Both the position numbers and the translations under genes were made by a program. Shown piece by piece: positions 9,617 to 18,990 of a stretch of DNA of 42,739 nt. The notes under the pieces are model-generated. The model was not told the origin of the DNA, ran no database searches, and saw only the letters and a list, made by a program, of their open reading frames with translations. The stretch's first letter is position 1, and every line of letters begins with the position of its first letter. Origin of the DNA: Candidatus Thorarchaeota archaeon (GTDB lineage Archaea > Asgardarchaeota > Thorarchaeia > Thorarchaeales > Thorarchaeaceae). The stretch spans positions 2,071,177 through 2,113,915 of the forward strand of contig CP070761.1 of the NCBI GenBank assembly GCA_020348985.1, in the 5' to 3' direction.

Positions 9617-10474
9617 TTGATTGAAGAAGTAATAATCTTCGGCACAGTACAGGGGGCTCTATTGGCCCTATTGGCTTTGGGCTTCTCCCTAGTATACGGC
9701 GTGGGAGGAGTCCTCAACCTGGCCCATGGTGCGTTCTACCTTATAACGGCGTACATAATCTTCTGGACCATACCCCTCTTCGGATTCACAGTTAGTGCCA
9801 TAGTAGGCCTAATTGCAGTAATGGGAATTGCCGCATTCACATCTCTTGCGCTAATCAAGCCTCTGCAAGACACGCACATTGGCGTTGTTTTGGTTACGTT
9901 TGCACTCGCCTTCTTCTTCGAGCAATTCGTGAAGTACTTTGGAGATCCGCTGTACCACTACATTGCCCCGTGGGTGCCGGGATTCATCACATTGCTTGGG
10001 ATTAATCTGCAAGCACAGCTCTTGGCCTTGGTAATTGGATCTATCGCACTGGTAATAGTAGTCACATTGTTCATCAACAAGACAAAGATAGGAAAGTCAA
10101 TTCGTGCCGTATCCCAAGATGCAGAAGCAGCTTCGCTCGTCGGAATCAATACCGACCTGGTCCTCATGACAAGTCTTGTGTTATCGGCCCTTCTTGTTGG
10201 CTTTGCTGTAATATTCTATGCTCCTGGCAATTATATCGCCCCCCATATCGGGTGGCGCTATCTTCTGCTGGCATTCTCGGTGACAATATTCGGAGGGATG
10301 GGAAGCATTCCAGGTAGTATTGTTGGAGCATTCATCATGGGGTATGCAACAACATTTACTGATTACTTTCCAATGTTAGGACCGGAATACTCCCAGCTAA
10401 TTCCAATCGTCGTCATCTTAGTTATGCTCCTTATCAGACCTCAGGGGTTGCTAGGAAAGGAGGAGGTTCAATAA
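9617..10474 (+). CDS. livH: Branched-chain amino acid-type ABC permease
   Basis: ALGFSLVYGVGGVLNLAHG, GKSIRAVSQD, GGMGSIPG, RPQGLLG. Confidence 0.92.
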   Translation: MIEEVIIFGTVQGALLALLALGFSLVYGVGGVLNLAHGAFYLITAYIIFWTIPLFGFTVSAIVGLIAVMGIAAFTSLALIKPLQDTHIGVVLVTFALAFFFEQFVKYFGDPLYHYIAPWVPGFITLLGINLQAQLLALVIGSIALVIVVTLFINKTKIGKSIRAVSQDAEAASLVGINTDLVLMTSLVLSALLVGFAVIFYAPGNYIAPHIGWRYLLLAFSVTIFGGMGSIPGSIVGAFIMGYATTFTDYFPMLGPEYSQLIPIVVILVMLLIRPQGLLGKEEVQ

Positions 10475-10478
10475 CCTC

Positions 10479-11474
10479 ATGATGCGCCTCCAACTAGACC
10501 TTCGATCCTTCTTTGAGCGGTTCAAGATATGGGCAGTTTCATTCCGAGGCAGTATAACACTTATCGCTCTTGCTGGATTGTCACTCTTTCCGCCAATTAC
10601 ACGTAGTGTATACTGGACACAAATCCTGATCAGTGCCATGATATTCGCAATCTTTGCAGCGAGTTGGGATCTTCTCGCGGGATATGCAGGACAAGTTAGC
10701 TTTGGTCACTCTGTGTTCTTCGGCGCAGCAGGCTATGTCACAGCTGCTCTTGTAAGATACTTGGGGGTCAATTGGATTCTGTCCTTGATTGCTGGAGCTT
10801 TTGCAGCAGTTCTCTTCAGCCTACTGATTGGGATTCCATGCCTGAGATTGAAAGGACCATATCTGGCCTTGGGGACTTTGGCTTTCAGCTTGATTCTGCT
10901 CAGCTTGTTCTATATGGGTCCACCATGGTCAGACATACTTGGTGGAAGTGAAGGCATCTCGGGACTGCCAGTTCCTCCAAACATCTTTGTTGCTTTCTAC
11001 CTTGTTCTTGGCTTCATGATAATCTCGCTGTTTGGGATGCATGCGATTGTTGAATCGAGACTCGGAACTCTTCTGAAAGCGATTCGCGATGACGAGACGT
11101 GCGCAGATGCTTCCGGGATAAACACAACAGTATACAAGTTGATAGCCTTCATGTTAAGCGGATTCTTTGCTGGCATTGCCGGTTCGTTGTTTGTGTTGCA
11201 ACAAACCGCAGTCAATCCGGCGTACTTCCAGCCACTATATTCATTCTATGCGATTATAATGGCATCAATTGGTGGTATAGCAACAATCTTTGGGTCGATA
11301 GCAGGGTCATTCATCTTCTGGATTCTCAGTGAGTTTCTGCGACCACTGGCCGCTGCCGCTTTGTTGATTTTCGCCACCTTGCTGATTCTGATTGTACGGT
11401 TCGCAGAAGAAGGCGTCATGAATCCGGTGATGGAGAGGATACAAGAATACTGGGACAAGTTCAGAGGTATGTAA
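10479..11474 (+). CDS. livM: Branched-chain amino acid-type ABC permease
   Basis: WDLLAGYAGQVSFGH, LRLKGPYLALGTLAF, AIRDDE..ADASGIN. Confidence 0.92.
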   Translation: MMRLQLDLRSFFERFKIWAVSFRGSITLIALAGLSLFPPITRSVYWTQILISAMIFAIFAASWDLLAGYAGQVSFGHSVFFGAAGYVTAALVRYLGVNWILSLIAGAFAAVLFSLLIGIPCLRLKGPYLALGTLAFSLILLSLFYMGPPWSDILGGSEGISGLPVPPNIFVAFYLVLGFMIISLFGMHAIVESRLGTLLKAIRDDETCADASGINTTVYKLIAFMLSGFFAGIAGSLFVLQQTAVNPAYFQPLYSFYAIIMASIGGIATIFGSIAGSFIFWILSEFLRPLAAAALLIFATLLILIVRFAEEGVMNPVMERIQEYWDKFRGM

Positions 11475-11475
11475 C

Positions 11476-12216
11476 ATGACGCTCCTACTTGAAGTCAAGA
11501 ACTTAACGAAGAAATTCGGCGGCCTAACTGCAGTCAACGATGTCAATTTCGAGATCGAAAGAGGAGAAATACTAGGTCTGATTGGACCCAACGGTGCAGG
11601 CAAGACAACGCTCTTCCACTTAATCTCGGGATTTGAGAAGGCCAACTCAGGAACGGTCCGATTCGATGGAATAGACATCACCGGACTCAAACCATACCAG
11701 ATAGTCAACTTGGGGATGGCTCGGACCTTTCAGCTCGTCAGATCATTCCGGTTTCTGAATCTTCTTGACAATGTGGCTGTGGCAATCTTGTCAGCCCGAG
11801 GCAAGGCGGCTTTCGGAGAAATCGGGATAGACGAAGCAGCTAGCACAATCCTTTCAGAAGTCGGGCTAGTCGACAAGGCAAGAGTACCCCCGGTCATCCT
11901 CCCTCATGGAGACTTGAGGCGGCTTGAGATTGGGAAGGCTCTGGGAACCAACCCAGAAATGCTTCTTCTCGATGAACCGTTTAGTGGACTTGTCCACGAA
12001 GAGAAGGAAAAGATTACCCAGCTAATCAACAGACTCAGGACGGAAGGAGTCACGATATTTGTGACAGGTCATGTTCTTCGTGAGCTGATGACACTTGTTC
12101 CAAGGGTCATTGCGATGCATCATGGCAGATTGATTGCCGAAGGGCCTCCTAAAGAGGTGGCCAACAATAGAATAGTACTTGAAGCATATCTTGGTCGAGG
12201 TGAGGAGTTTGCTTGA
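11476..12216 (+). CDS. livG: ABC ATP-binding subunit
   Basis: FGGLTAV, Walker A GPNGAGKTT, ARTFQ, LLLDEP, EAYLG. Confidence 0.93.
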   Translation: MTLLLEVKNLTKKFGGLTAVNDVNFEIERGEILGLIGPNGAGKTTLFHLISGFEKANSGTVRFDGIDITGLKPYQIVNLGMARTFQLVRSFRFLNLLDNVAVAILSARGKAAFGEIGIDEAASTILSEVGLVDKARVPPVILPHGDLRRLEIGKALGTNPEMLLLDEPFSGLVHEEKEKITQLINRLRTEGVTIFVTGHVLRELMTLVPRVIAMHHGRLIAEGPPKEVANNRIVLEAYLGRGEEFA

Positions 12217-12913
12217 GCTACGCAAGGTTTACCACTACTATGGAAAGGCAAGGGCATTAGAGGAAGTCAATCTGACTGTAGAGGAAGGTTCACTTGATGC
12301 AGTGATTGGTCCAAACGGTGCAGGCAAGTCTACTCTGCTTCGTGCCATTTCTGGCTTGGAGGAAATCGACAGAGGAAGGATTTCTTTCATGGGTGAGAGG
12401 ATTGACGAGCTCGATCCGCACGAGATTGCTCGGAAAGGAATTGGACATTGTCCAGAACGCCGTCGGCTCTTCTATGACATGTCTGTGATGGAGAATATCG
12501 AGCTTGGGGCCTACGCATTGCAGGACAAGAGCAAATATCCGGAACTACTCGACTTTGTGTTTGACATCTTCCCGCGTCTTGATGAACGGAGGAAGCAACG
12601 CGCCGGGACTCTTAGCGGCGGAGAGCAACAGATGCTGGCAATCGCCCGAGCGCTCATGTCCAATCCCAAATTGCTTTTACTGGATGAACCCTCCCTGGGA
12701 TTGGCTCCAAAGATAAAGACAAGGATATTCGAAGCTGTCGAGCAAATCAAGCATGAAGGCACCACAACTCTGCTGGTTGAACAAGATGCCGTTCTCGCCA
12801 TGGAGGTGGCTGACTACATCTACGTTCTCGAGGAAGGGAAGATCGAGATGAGCGGCACGAAGGAACAGCTAGAAAGAGAGCCCCGAATTAAGAAAGTGTA
12901 CTTGGGAATATAG
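12209..12913 (+). CDS. livF: ABC ATP-binding subunit
   Basis: GPNGAGKST, AGTLSGGEQQMLAIARALM, LLLDEPSLGLAP. Probable TTG start at 12209 after a GAGGTGA SD. Confidence 0.93.
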   Translation: MLELRKVYHYYGKARALEEVNLTVEEGSLDAVIGPNGAGKSTLLRAISGLEEIDRGRISFMGERIDELDPHEIARKGIGHCPERRRLFYDMSVMENIELGAYALQDKSKYPELLDFVFDIFPRLDERRKQRAGTLSGGEQQMLAIARALMSNPKLLLLDEPSLGLAPKIKTRIFEAVEQIKHEGTTTLLVEQDAVLAMEVADYIYVLEEGKIEMSGTKEQLEREPRIKKVYLGI

Positions 12914-12924
12914 GAGGTGTCAGA

Positions 12925-14265
12925 ATGTCTGCTTCTCTTGAAGAACTCTTACGTGATGCGAAGGTAGAAATGGTTGTAGCCAGAGTGGAAAAGGACCCCT
13001 CAATCATCAAGGAACTGACAGAGCTACTCGGACATGAGGTTCGATCTGTGAGATTTAATGCTGCATTGACACTTGGAGAGTTGGGTGAGACTGCTTCAGA
13101 AGCAGTTTCTCAATTGGTAGTCTGCCTTGAAGATGAAGATTGGAGCATTTGTCGTGAAGCGGCAAGATCTTTGGGCAAGATAGGTGAATCCGCAGTAGAC
13201 AGTATTCCGAGTCTATCAAAACTGCTAGAAGACAATGAGGTCTCCATTCGCAAGGCTGCGGCGATATCACTTGGGAAAATCGGAGTGGGCACTATTGAGT
13301 CTCAATATCGTTTGGTTGCCGCATTAAGAGACACTGATGAAGAAGTGCGCACCGAAGTTGTCAAAACCCTTGGAGCAATGGGCGCGTCCGCACACGCTAC
13401 GATTCCAGACCTTATTGAACGACTTCGCGATGCCAGCTGGACGGTAAGAACGGCTGCTGCTCAAGCGATCAGGAAGATCGGAAAAGGGTCTAGTGAAGCT
13501 ATTCCCACTTTGATTAGTACGCTGGAAGATAGAGACTGGAGAGTTCGTTATCGGGTTATAGATACACTGGTAGAGATCGGAGAACAGGCGATTCCTCCCC
13601 TATTGGAGTCTCTGAATCATGAGAATGAAATTGTTCGAAAAGGAGCAGTCGATGCTCTTGGTGAGATGAAGGTTACAGAGCCGGTTTACATCATGGCTAT
13701 TGCAGCTCAATTGAGTGATAGCAAAGAAGGAGTCCGCGGAAAGGCGGCGGATGCTCTCCGTAACATTGGAGTTCCTGCAATTCCTGCGTTGTTGAACTCC
13801 TACGAATCAGCAAACAAGAGTATGAAAACACTCATCATATCCTCACTGGGGGGTATTGGAGAAGAAGCACGAGACGCGATCCCGAGTCTCATAGGCATTT
13901 TGAGTGAAGGTGGAACTCAAGATCGCGCAGAAGCCGCAAGAGCGCTTGGCAAGATAGCGATGGGCGAAGATTCGGCAATTCGTGCACTGGTCAACGCGCT
14001 GGAAGATACGAAGGTCAAAGTCAGGCGCGAAGCCGCACTAAGTCTCGGGAAGATTAGTCCTGTTGAATCAGATGCTGTTCCTGCCCTAGTCCGGACTCTC
14101 AGTGACCCAAAACCAGACGTTCGCTGGCGCGCAGCCGAAGCGCTCGGGAAGATTGGCAAGAGCAGTCCTGAAATCACATCTGCTTTGGAAGGATTAATCT
14201 ACGATGAGTTTGACTATGTGTCTGAAGCTGCACAAGAGGCACTTGACTTAATAGGTGGAGATTAG
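12925..14265 (+). CDS. HEAT-repeat (PBS-lyase HEAT-like) alpha-solenoid protein
   Basis: About 13 repeats of roughly 31-33 aa with consensus VRxxAAxALGxIG...AIPxLxxxLxD; GGAGGTG SD. Confidence 0.92.
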   Translation: MSASLEELLRDAKVEMVVARVEKDPSIIKELTELLGHEVRSVRFNAALTLGELGETASEAVSQLVVCLEDEDWSICREAARSLGKIGESAVDSIPSLSKLLEDNEVSIRKAAAISLGKIGVGTIESQYRLVAALRDTDEEVRTEVVKTLGAMGASAHATIPDLIERLRDASWTVRTAAAQAIRKIGKGSSEAIPTLISTLEDRDWRVRYRVIDTLVEIGEQAIPPLLESLNHENEIVRKGAVDALGEMKVTEPVYIMAIAAQLSDSKEGVRGKAADALRNIGVPAIPALLNSYESANKSMKTLIISSLGGIGEEARDAIPSLIGILSEGGTQDRAEAARALGKIAMGEDSAIRALVNALEDTKVKVRREAALSLGKISPVESDAVPALVRTLSDPKPDVRWRAAEALGKIGKSSPEITSALEGLIYDEFDYVSEAAQEALDLIGGD

Positions 14266-14284
14266 ACGACTCTCGGGATTAAAT

Positions 14285-15967
14285 ATGAGTGAAGACCCGT
14301 ATTCCTCAAAACCATGGCTGAAGCATTATGATGAAGGCGTGCCGGAGCACATCGACTATCCCGAGATGAACTTGTGTGAGTTTCTCGATAACGCCGCTCG
14401 TGACTGTGGCGGACGTCCTGCAATTTGGTTTCAGAAGAGGAGAATCACTTACAAGGAATTCAAAGACATTGCTGATAGGCTTGCCACCGCACTCGTTGAG
14501 ATGGGTGTGAAGAAGGGCGACGTTGTGGCAATGATGATACCAAACTTTCCCCAGTTTCTATTCAGTTTCTATGGGATTTTGAAGGCAGGGGGAATTGTCA
14601 CTGCGTGCAGCGTTCTTCTGACAGATCGTGAGCTTGCCTTTCAACTGAATGACTCTGGTGCTGAGACAATCATTGCATGGGACACTCAGCTTGAAAAGAT
14701 CAATAAGATCAAAGATAGAACACGCCTGAGGAACATCATCATTACGAATGTTTTCGACTATGCTCCTGGTGCCAAGAGAGACCCGCCAGAGCTGGCCGGT
14801 ACCAAGCAGTTTGTGAACTTGGTCAACAACATGAAACCTAATCCCCCACAGTTCGAGATTGATCCAAAGGAAACTCTCGCTGTTCTACAGTATACTGGGG
14901 GCACCACTGGTCTTCCGAAGGGTGCAATGCTTACTCACCACAATCTTGTTTCGAACTGCATTGCTGTGTTCACTTGGACCGCCTCGGAAACAGAGGGGAG
15001 AGGCAAGGATACGGGACTCACCAATCTTCCACTGTTTCATATCTACGGAATGACAGTTTGCATGAATGTCTGGGTCTACAATGCCTCGGCAATTGCATTG
15101 AATCCTGACCCTAGAGATCACAAGTCATTGTTTGAGATTATTCGCGATACCAAACCAGCGATGTTCCCAGGCGTGCCGACGATGTATATGCGGCTTCTGG
15201 AACGGGATGATCTTGAAGACTATGCCAACGATCTGAAATGCATCAGGTTCTGCAACACTGGTGCTGCGGCGATGCCGCCTGAAGTCCTGAAAGAATTCGA
15301 GGAAAGGACAGGAGCAATCATCATTGAGGGATATGGTCTGACAGAAGCATCCCCTGTGACCCATGTAAACCCAACAAAGGGAGTGCGGAAAATCGGGTCT
15401 GTTGGTCTTCCTATCTCAGACACTGAAGTAAGAATCGTTGATGTTGATGATTACACGAAGACACTTCCAGTCGGGGAGGAGGGTCAGATTATCATCAAAG
15501 GGCCCCAAGTGATGAAAGGATATTGGAACAAACCCGAAGCCACGGCTTATCAGATCAAGGACGGCTGGCTGATGACTGGTGATGTCGGGAAGATGGACGA
15601 AGAGGGTTACTTCTACATTACGGACAGGATAAAGGACATGATGAATGTTTCAGGATTCAAAGTATATCCAAGAGAAATCGAGGATGTCCTGTTTGAACAT
15701 GAGGCCATTGAAAACGCGGCAGTGATAGGGCTGCCGAATCCTGACATTCCTGGTAGTGACATAATCAAGGCCTTCATCATGTTAAAGGATGGTTACAAAG
15801 AATCAGAGGAGCTGTTGGCGGAGATTCGAGAGTTCGTTAGAACCAGTGTCTCACCTTACAAGGTTCCGAGGGTCATCGAAGTCAGAAAGGAGCTTCCAGA
15901 AACTCTTGTCGGCAAGGTGCTTAGAAAGGACCTGAAAGAACAAGAGGAGCGGAGAGCAGCAGAGTAG
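14285..15967 (+). CDS. Long-chain fatty acid--CoA ligase (AMP-forming)
   Basis: YTGGTTGLPKG, EGYGLTE, GSVG, KGYWNKP, TGD, GKVLRK. ATG start at 14285. Confidence 0.93.
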   Translation: MSEDPYSSKPWLKHYDEGVPEHIDYPEMNLCEFLDNAARDCGGRPAIWFQKRRITYKEFKDIADRLATALVEMGVKKGDVVAMMIPNFPQFLFSFYGILKAGGIVTACSVLLTDRELAFQLNDSGAETIIAWDTQLEKINKIKDRTRLRNIIITNVFDYAPGAKRDPPELAGTKQFVNLVNNMKPNPPQFEIDPKETLAVLQYTGGTTGLPKGAMLTHHNLVSNCIAVFTWTASETEGRGKDTGLTNLPLFHIYGMTVCMNVWVYNASAIALNPDPRDHKSLFEIIRDTKPAMFPGVPTMYMRLLERDDLEDYANDLKCIRFCNTGAAAMPPEVLKEFEERTGAIIIEGYGLTEASPVTHVNPTKGVRKIGSVGLPISDTEVRIVDVDDYTKTLPVGEEGQIIIKGPQVMKGYWNKPEATAYQIKDGWLMTGDVGKMDEEGYFYITDRIKDMMNVSGFKVYPREIEDVLFEHEAIENAAVIGLPNPDIPGSDIIKAFIMLKDGYKESEELLAEIREFVRTSVSPYKVPRVIEVRKELPETLVGKVLRKDLKEQEERRAAE

Positions 15968-16203
15968 AGTCCTGCCCTTCAATGCTCTCTTAATGCCCAG
16001 ATGAAGACCAGAGTGATTTCAAAGAGACAAGAAAGAGACAAGTAAGACGCGATCGGATTGACAAGCGACGGGATTGATAACAGAACCAGCCTGAACTCGA
16101 AATAGACAAGCCAAGTAAGGGTGGGAATGCCAATCTATAACCATCTGCGACGGGGACATTCAAGTTGCCACCCACTCCGAGACTCCCCCCTCTACCGCCG
16201 TAG

Positions 16204-16833
16204 CTATACCTGATCCATGGTGTCGACTGGCTTCACGATGCTAGTAAGTCGACCTGTATAGTGCATGAAGTCAACAGTCCACAACCATCCAATGGCAATT
16301 AGTGCTTCACCGAGTTCACGAAACGCTATGCTTGCCCACGACTGGAATATCGCGATATAGGAAATGAATGCAAGAATCAGAGAGACCACCGCAAACCATC
16401 TAATCTCCTTATGTCTCAACCAGACCAGTCCGACAAGTCCCAGAGCAATAGGGATTGTGAGGAAATAGGAGAGCGCAGCTATGAAATGTTGCAGTCTGAA
16501 ATCCTCTGAGAATATCCCCACACCCACCAAGAACACGCACGTGCAAGCAAAAGCAATCATGGCAACCTTTGTTGGCAAGTCCTTCAGTGACCGAATGAAA
16601 TACTGGCTGTAATAGAGAAGGAAAAGTCCAGTGACAATCAGGCCTCCGTTGAAGAAGACCGCGCTCACGACCTGAAGTTCCCCCAGATCAGTTCTATACC
16701 AGCTTCCGAGGTCACTTAGAGCATTCTCAAACCATGAATAGCCTGGAAGTAACGTCACTGAGACAACAATGCACGTCAATCCTATCAGTGGTGCAATGAA
16801 ACCAAAGAGGTTAGGTCGAGGAATGTCTTTCAG
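16204..16833 (-). CDS. DUF998-family membrane protein, paralog 2
   Basis: NALSDLG, FNGGLIVTG, GVGIFSED..QH. Homology to the neighbouring paralog extends to a CTG codon at 16833. Confidence 0.8.
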   Translation of the reverse strand: MKDIPRPNLFGFIAPLIGLTCIVVSVTLLPGYSWFENALSDLGSWYRTDLGELQVVSAVFFNGGLIVTGLFLLYYSQYFIRSLKDLPTKVAMIAFACTCVFLVGVGIFSEDFRLQHFIAALSYFLTIPIALGLVGLVWLRHKEIRWFAVVSLILAFISYIAIFQSWASIAFRELGEALIAIGWLWTVDFMHYTGRLTSIVKPVDTMDQV

Positions 16834-16853
16834 GATCTACACCTTTCATGCTG

Positions 16854-17501
16854 TCAGTCTCTTGTTGTGATGTGGTTGAGCTCTCCTTTGATCATGAGCC
16901 AAATCAGCATCCAAACCCACACGACAGCGGTGAGCGCTGTTACGATCTCAGGGATGGCCACACCACTCCAAAAGGGCGCAGGACCATACGCGTTGAGCCA
17001 AAGATACAGCGAAATGAATGGAAGAATGATTGAAACAAGAGAGAACAATCTCAAGTTCTTGTATCTGAGGAATCCTATTCCAATTATCCACATTGCCCAA
17101 GGAAAAGATGCATAGAAACCCACGGAAACCATGAAGTGAATCGGATTGAAATTCTCCGAAAAGATTCCAATGCCAATGAGGAACAACTCGGCTGAAACAA
17201 ATGGGAGCATCCCAATTCTTGTAATCGTGTCATTCAATTCCCGGATGAACGCAATCGTGGTGTAGAGTGTCAATACTCCCGCAGTAATCATCCCCGAATT
17301 GAAGATGATAGCGCGCACAAGCGGATTCGAACCAATGTCTGTTCTCGTGTAGTGACCGAGGTCGCTCAGAGCATTTCCTTCCCAGGTGAAACTCGGTGAG
17401 ATGGCTATTGCCAGAAGAATGCACACTAGAGCGACTATTGGGCCAATTATGCCGGCTAGGAGCGGCTTCGGAAGACTACCAATCCTTTCCTTGAGTGACA
17501 T
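16854..17501 (-). CDS. DUF998-family membrane protein, paralog 1
   Basis: NALSDLG, FNSGMITAG, GIGIFSE...IH. Probable start MSLKERIG at 17501. Confidence 0.82.
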   Translation of the reverse strand: MSLKERIGSLPKPLLAGIIGPIVALVCILLAIAISPSFTWEGNALSDLGHYTRTDIGSNPLVRAIIFNSGMITAGVLTLYTTIAFIRELNDTITRIGMLPFVSAELFLIGIGIFSENFNPIHFMVSVGFYASFPWAMWIIGIGFLRYKNLRLFSLVSIILPFISLYLWLNAYGPAPFWSGVAIPEIVTALTAVVWVWMLIWLMIKGELNHITTRD

Positions 17502-17618
17502 AGTTTCCGGGGAGAGAACACGACTATAATAATCATAGTGACATTGAGTTGCGCTACCAACACATTCTTCTAAGATATGCATTTGTTCAACTCTTCATAC
17601 CTATGACCCCGAGGAAGA

Positions 17619-17975
17619 ATGATGAGCACATCCCCAGTGTGTCCATACTGTGGAACGATAAATCAACCAGAACCGCGATTTGAGTACGATGAGAAAGTAG
17701 ACATTCGCTGTGACAATTGCGGAGGAGTGTTTGAGTATCTTCCCGGCTTTGGCGCATTCTCAATCGGGGAGAGGGTGCCGTCAAAGGGGCGTGCAACAAG
17801 AGTTCGTGATGGAACTGTCTGGCCGATATCTCGAGCTGATGAGGCGGACATGGAAGGGAGATGGTACAGCGGACCCTGCGGAAGAGCGTGTGCTCTTCTT
17901 TGCTGCTTCGCAATCATTTTTCCATTCATCCTCTATGTTATTCTATTCCTAGAGACTCTGATTGGGTTGTTCTGA
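17619..17975 (+). CDS. Zinc-ribbon protein with a Cys-rich C-terminal TM anchor
   Basis: CPYC...CDNC ribbon; C-terminus CGRACALLCCFAIIFPFILYVILF; GAGG SD. Confidence 0.72.
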   Translation: MMSTSPVCPYCGTINQPEPRFEYDEKVDIRCDNCGGVFEYLPGFGAFSIGERVPSKGRATRVRDGTVWPISRADEADMEGRWYSGPCGRACALLCCFAIIFPFILYVILFLETLIGLF

Positions 17976-18073
17976 CAGATAACGGTCAACACAGAGAAAC
18001 TGGCTTCTGTGAGTCAAAGATAAAAGGAACCCTGACCGGGCACCGAAACAGGAACGGCATTCAGGGTGAGATC

Positions 18074-18988
18074 TTGACGGAGCCAGAGATTGAGGACAAA
18101 CGAATTACCCTCGCAGAGGCAGCAAAGGAGGTGCCCGATGGTTCTACCCTTTTCTGGGGTGGCTTTGGCTATCAACGCCCGCCAATCGCGTTTTCTGCAG
18201 AGTTGGCGAGGCAGAAGAAGAGGAATCTGAACATCTGCACTTGCGGGTCCGAAGTTGACATTGAGATAATGGCAGGCTCAGGCGTAGCCTCTAGATTCGA
18301 GATCGCTTTTGCTGCCATTGAGGCATTGGGACTCTCCTACAACATGAGGCGAAGAGTTGTAGAGAAGAAGATTCAGGTGGAAGACTACAGCAACCTGGCC
18401 ATGGCCATGCGTTTCTTAGGCGGAGCTCTGAATGTCCCATTTATGCCAATTCGAAGCTTGATGGCGACCGATTTGGAGCGACTATCTAGATTCCGAGATG
18501 ACAAGAAGCTGAAGGTCATCGATTGTCCGTTCACAGGAAAGAAGATCACATTGGTACCATCACTCCAACCTGACTTCAGCATAGTACATGTGCAACGAAT
18601 AGACAAGAGTGGGAATGCGCAGATCGACGGCATTGTCGGCGAAGATATCGAGGGGTCTCGCTGCGGCAAGAAACTGATTGTGCTTGCGGAAGAAGTCATT
18701 GATGAGAAGGAGATACGACATAGGCCTGATCAGACGAAGATACCTGCAATGTATGTTGACCACGTTGTCATTACTCCCTTCGGATCACACCCGATGCAAG
18801 TACACGGATATTACGACTATGATTTGGAGCATCTCATGATGTTCCACAAGCTAACTCAAACCGAAGACGGTTGGCAAGAATACTTCGAGCACTACATCAT
18901 GGGCGTGGAAGACCATTTTGCCTACTTGGATAAGGTGGGATGGGACAGACTGATGAGCCTGAGGGCCAGAGAGCCTTGGGGGTATTGA
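18074..18988 (+). CDS. Family I CoA-transferase subunit A (glutaconate/3-oxoacid CoA-transferase-like)
   Basis: VPDGS.L..GGF, GALNVPFMP, CPFTG, PD...VHVQ..D..GN. Probable TTG start at 18074 behind GGTGA. Confidence 0.9.
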   Translation: MTEPEIEDKRITLAEAAKEVPDGSTLFWGGFGYQRPPIAFSAELARQKKRNLNICTCGSEVDIEIMAGSGVASRFEIAFAAIEALGLSYNMRRRVVEKKIQVEDYSNLAMAMRFLGGALNVPFMPIRSLMATDLERLSRFRDDKKLKVIDCPFTGKKITLVPSLQPDFSIVHVQRIDKSGNAQIDGIVGEDIEGSRCGKKLIVLAEEVIDEKEIRHRPDQTKIPAMYVDHVVITPFGSHPMQVHGYYDYDLEHLMMFHKLTQTEDGWQEYFEHYIMGVEDHFAYLDKVGWDRLMSLRAREPWGY

Positions 18989-18990
18989 CC

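Noticed and set aside
12925-14265. Periodic sequence as a possible DNA repeat array or CRISPR
   Set aside because: The periodicity is at the protein level (HEAT repeats); there are no identical nucleotide repeats with spacers.
16837-16842. GTG-TAG upstream of DUF998 paralog 2 as pyrrolysine readthrough
   Set aside because: An amber codon at position 2 has no functional rationale, TAG serves as a stop in many genes here, and no pyl genes are in the window.
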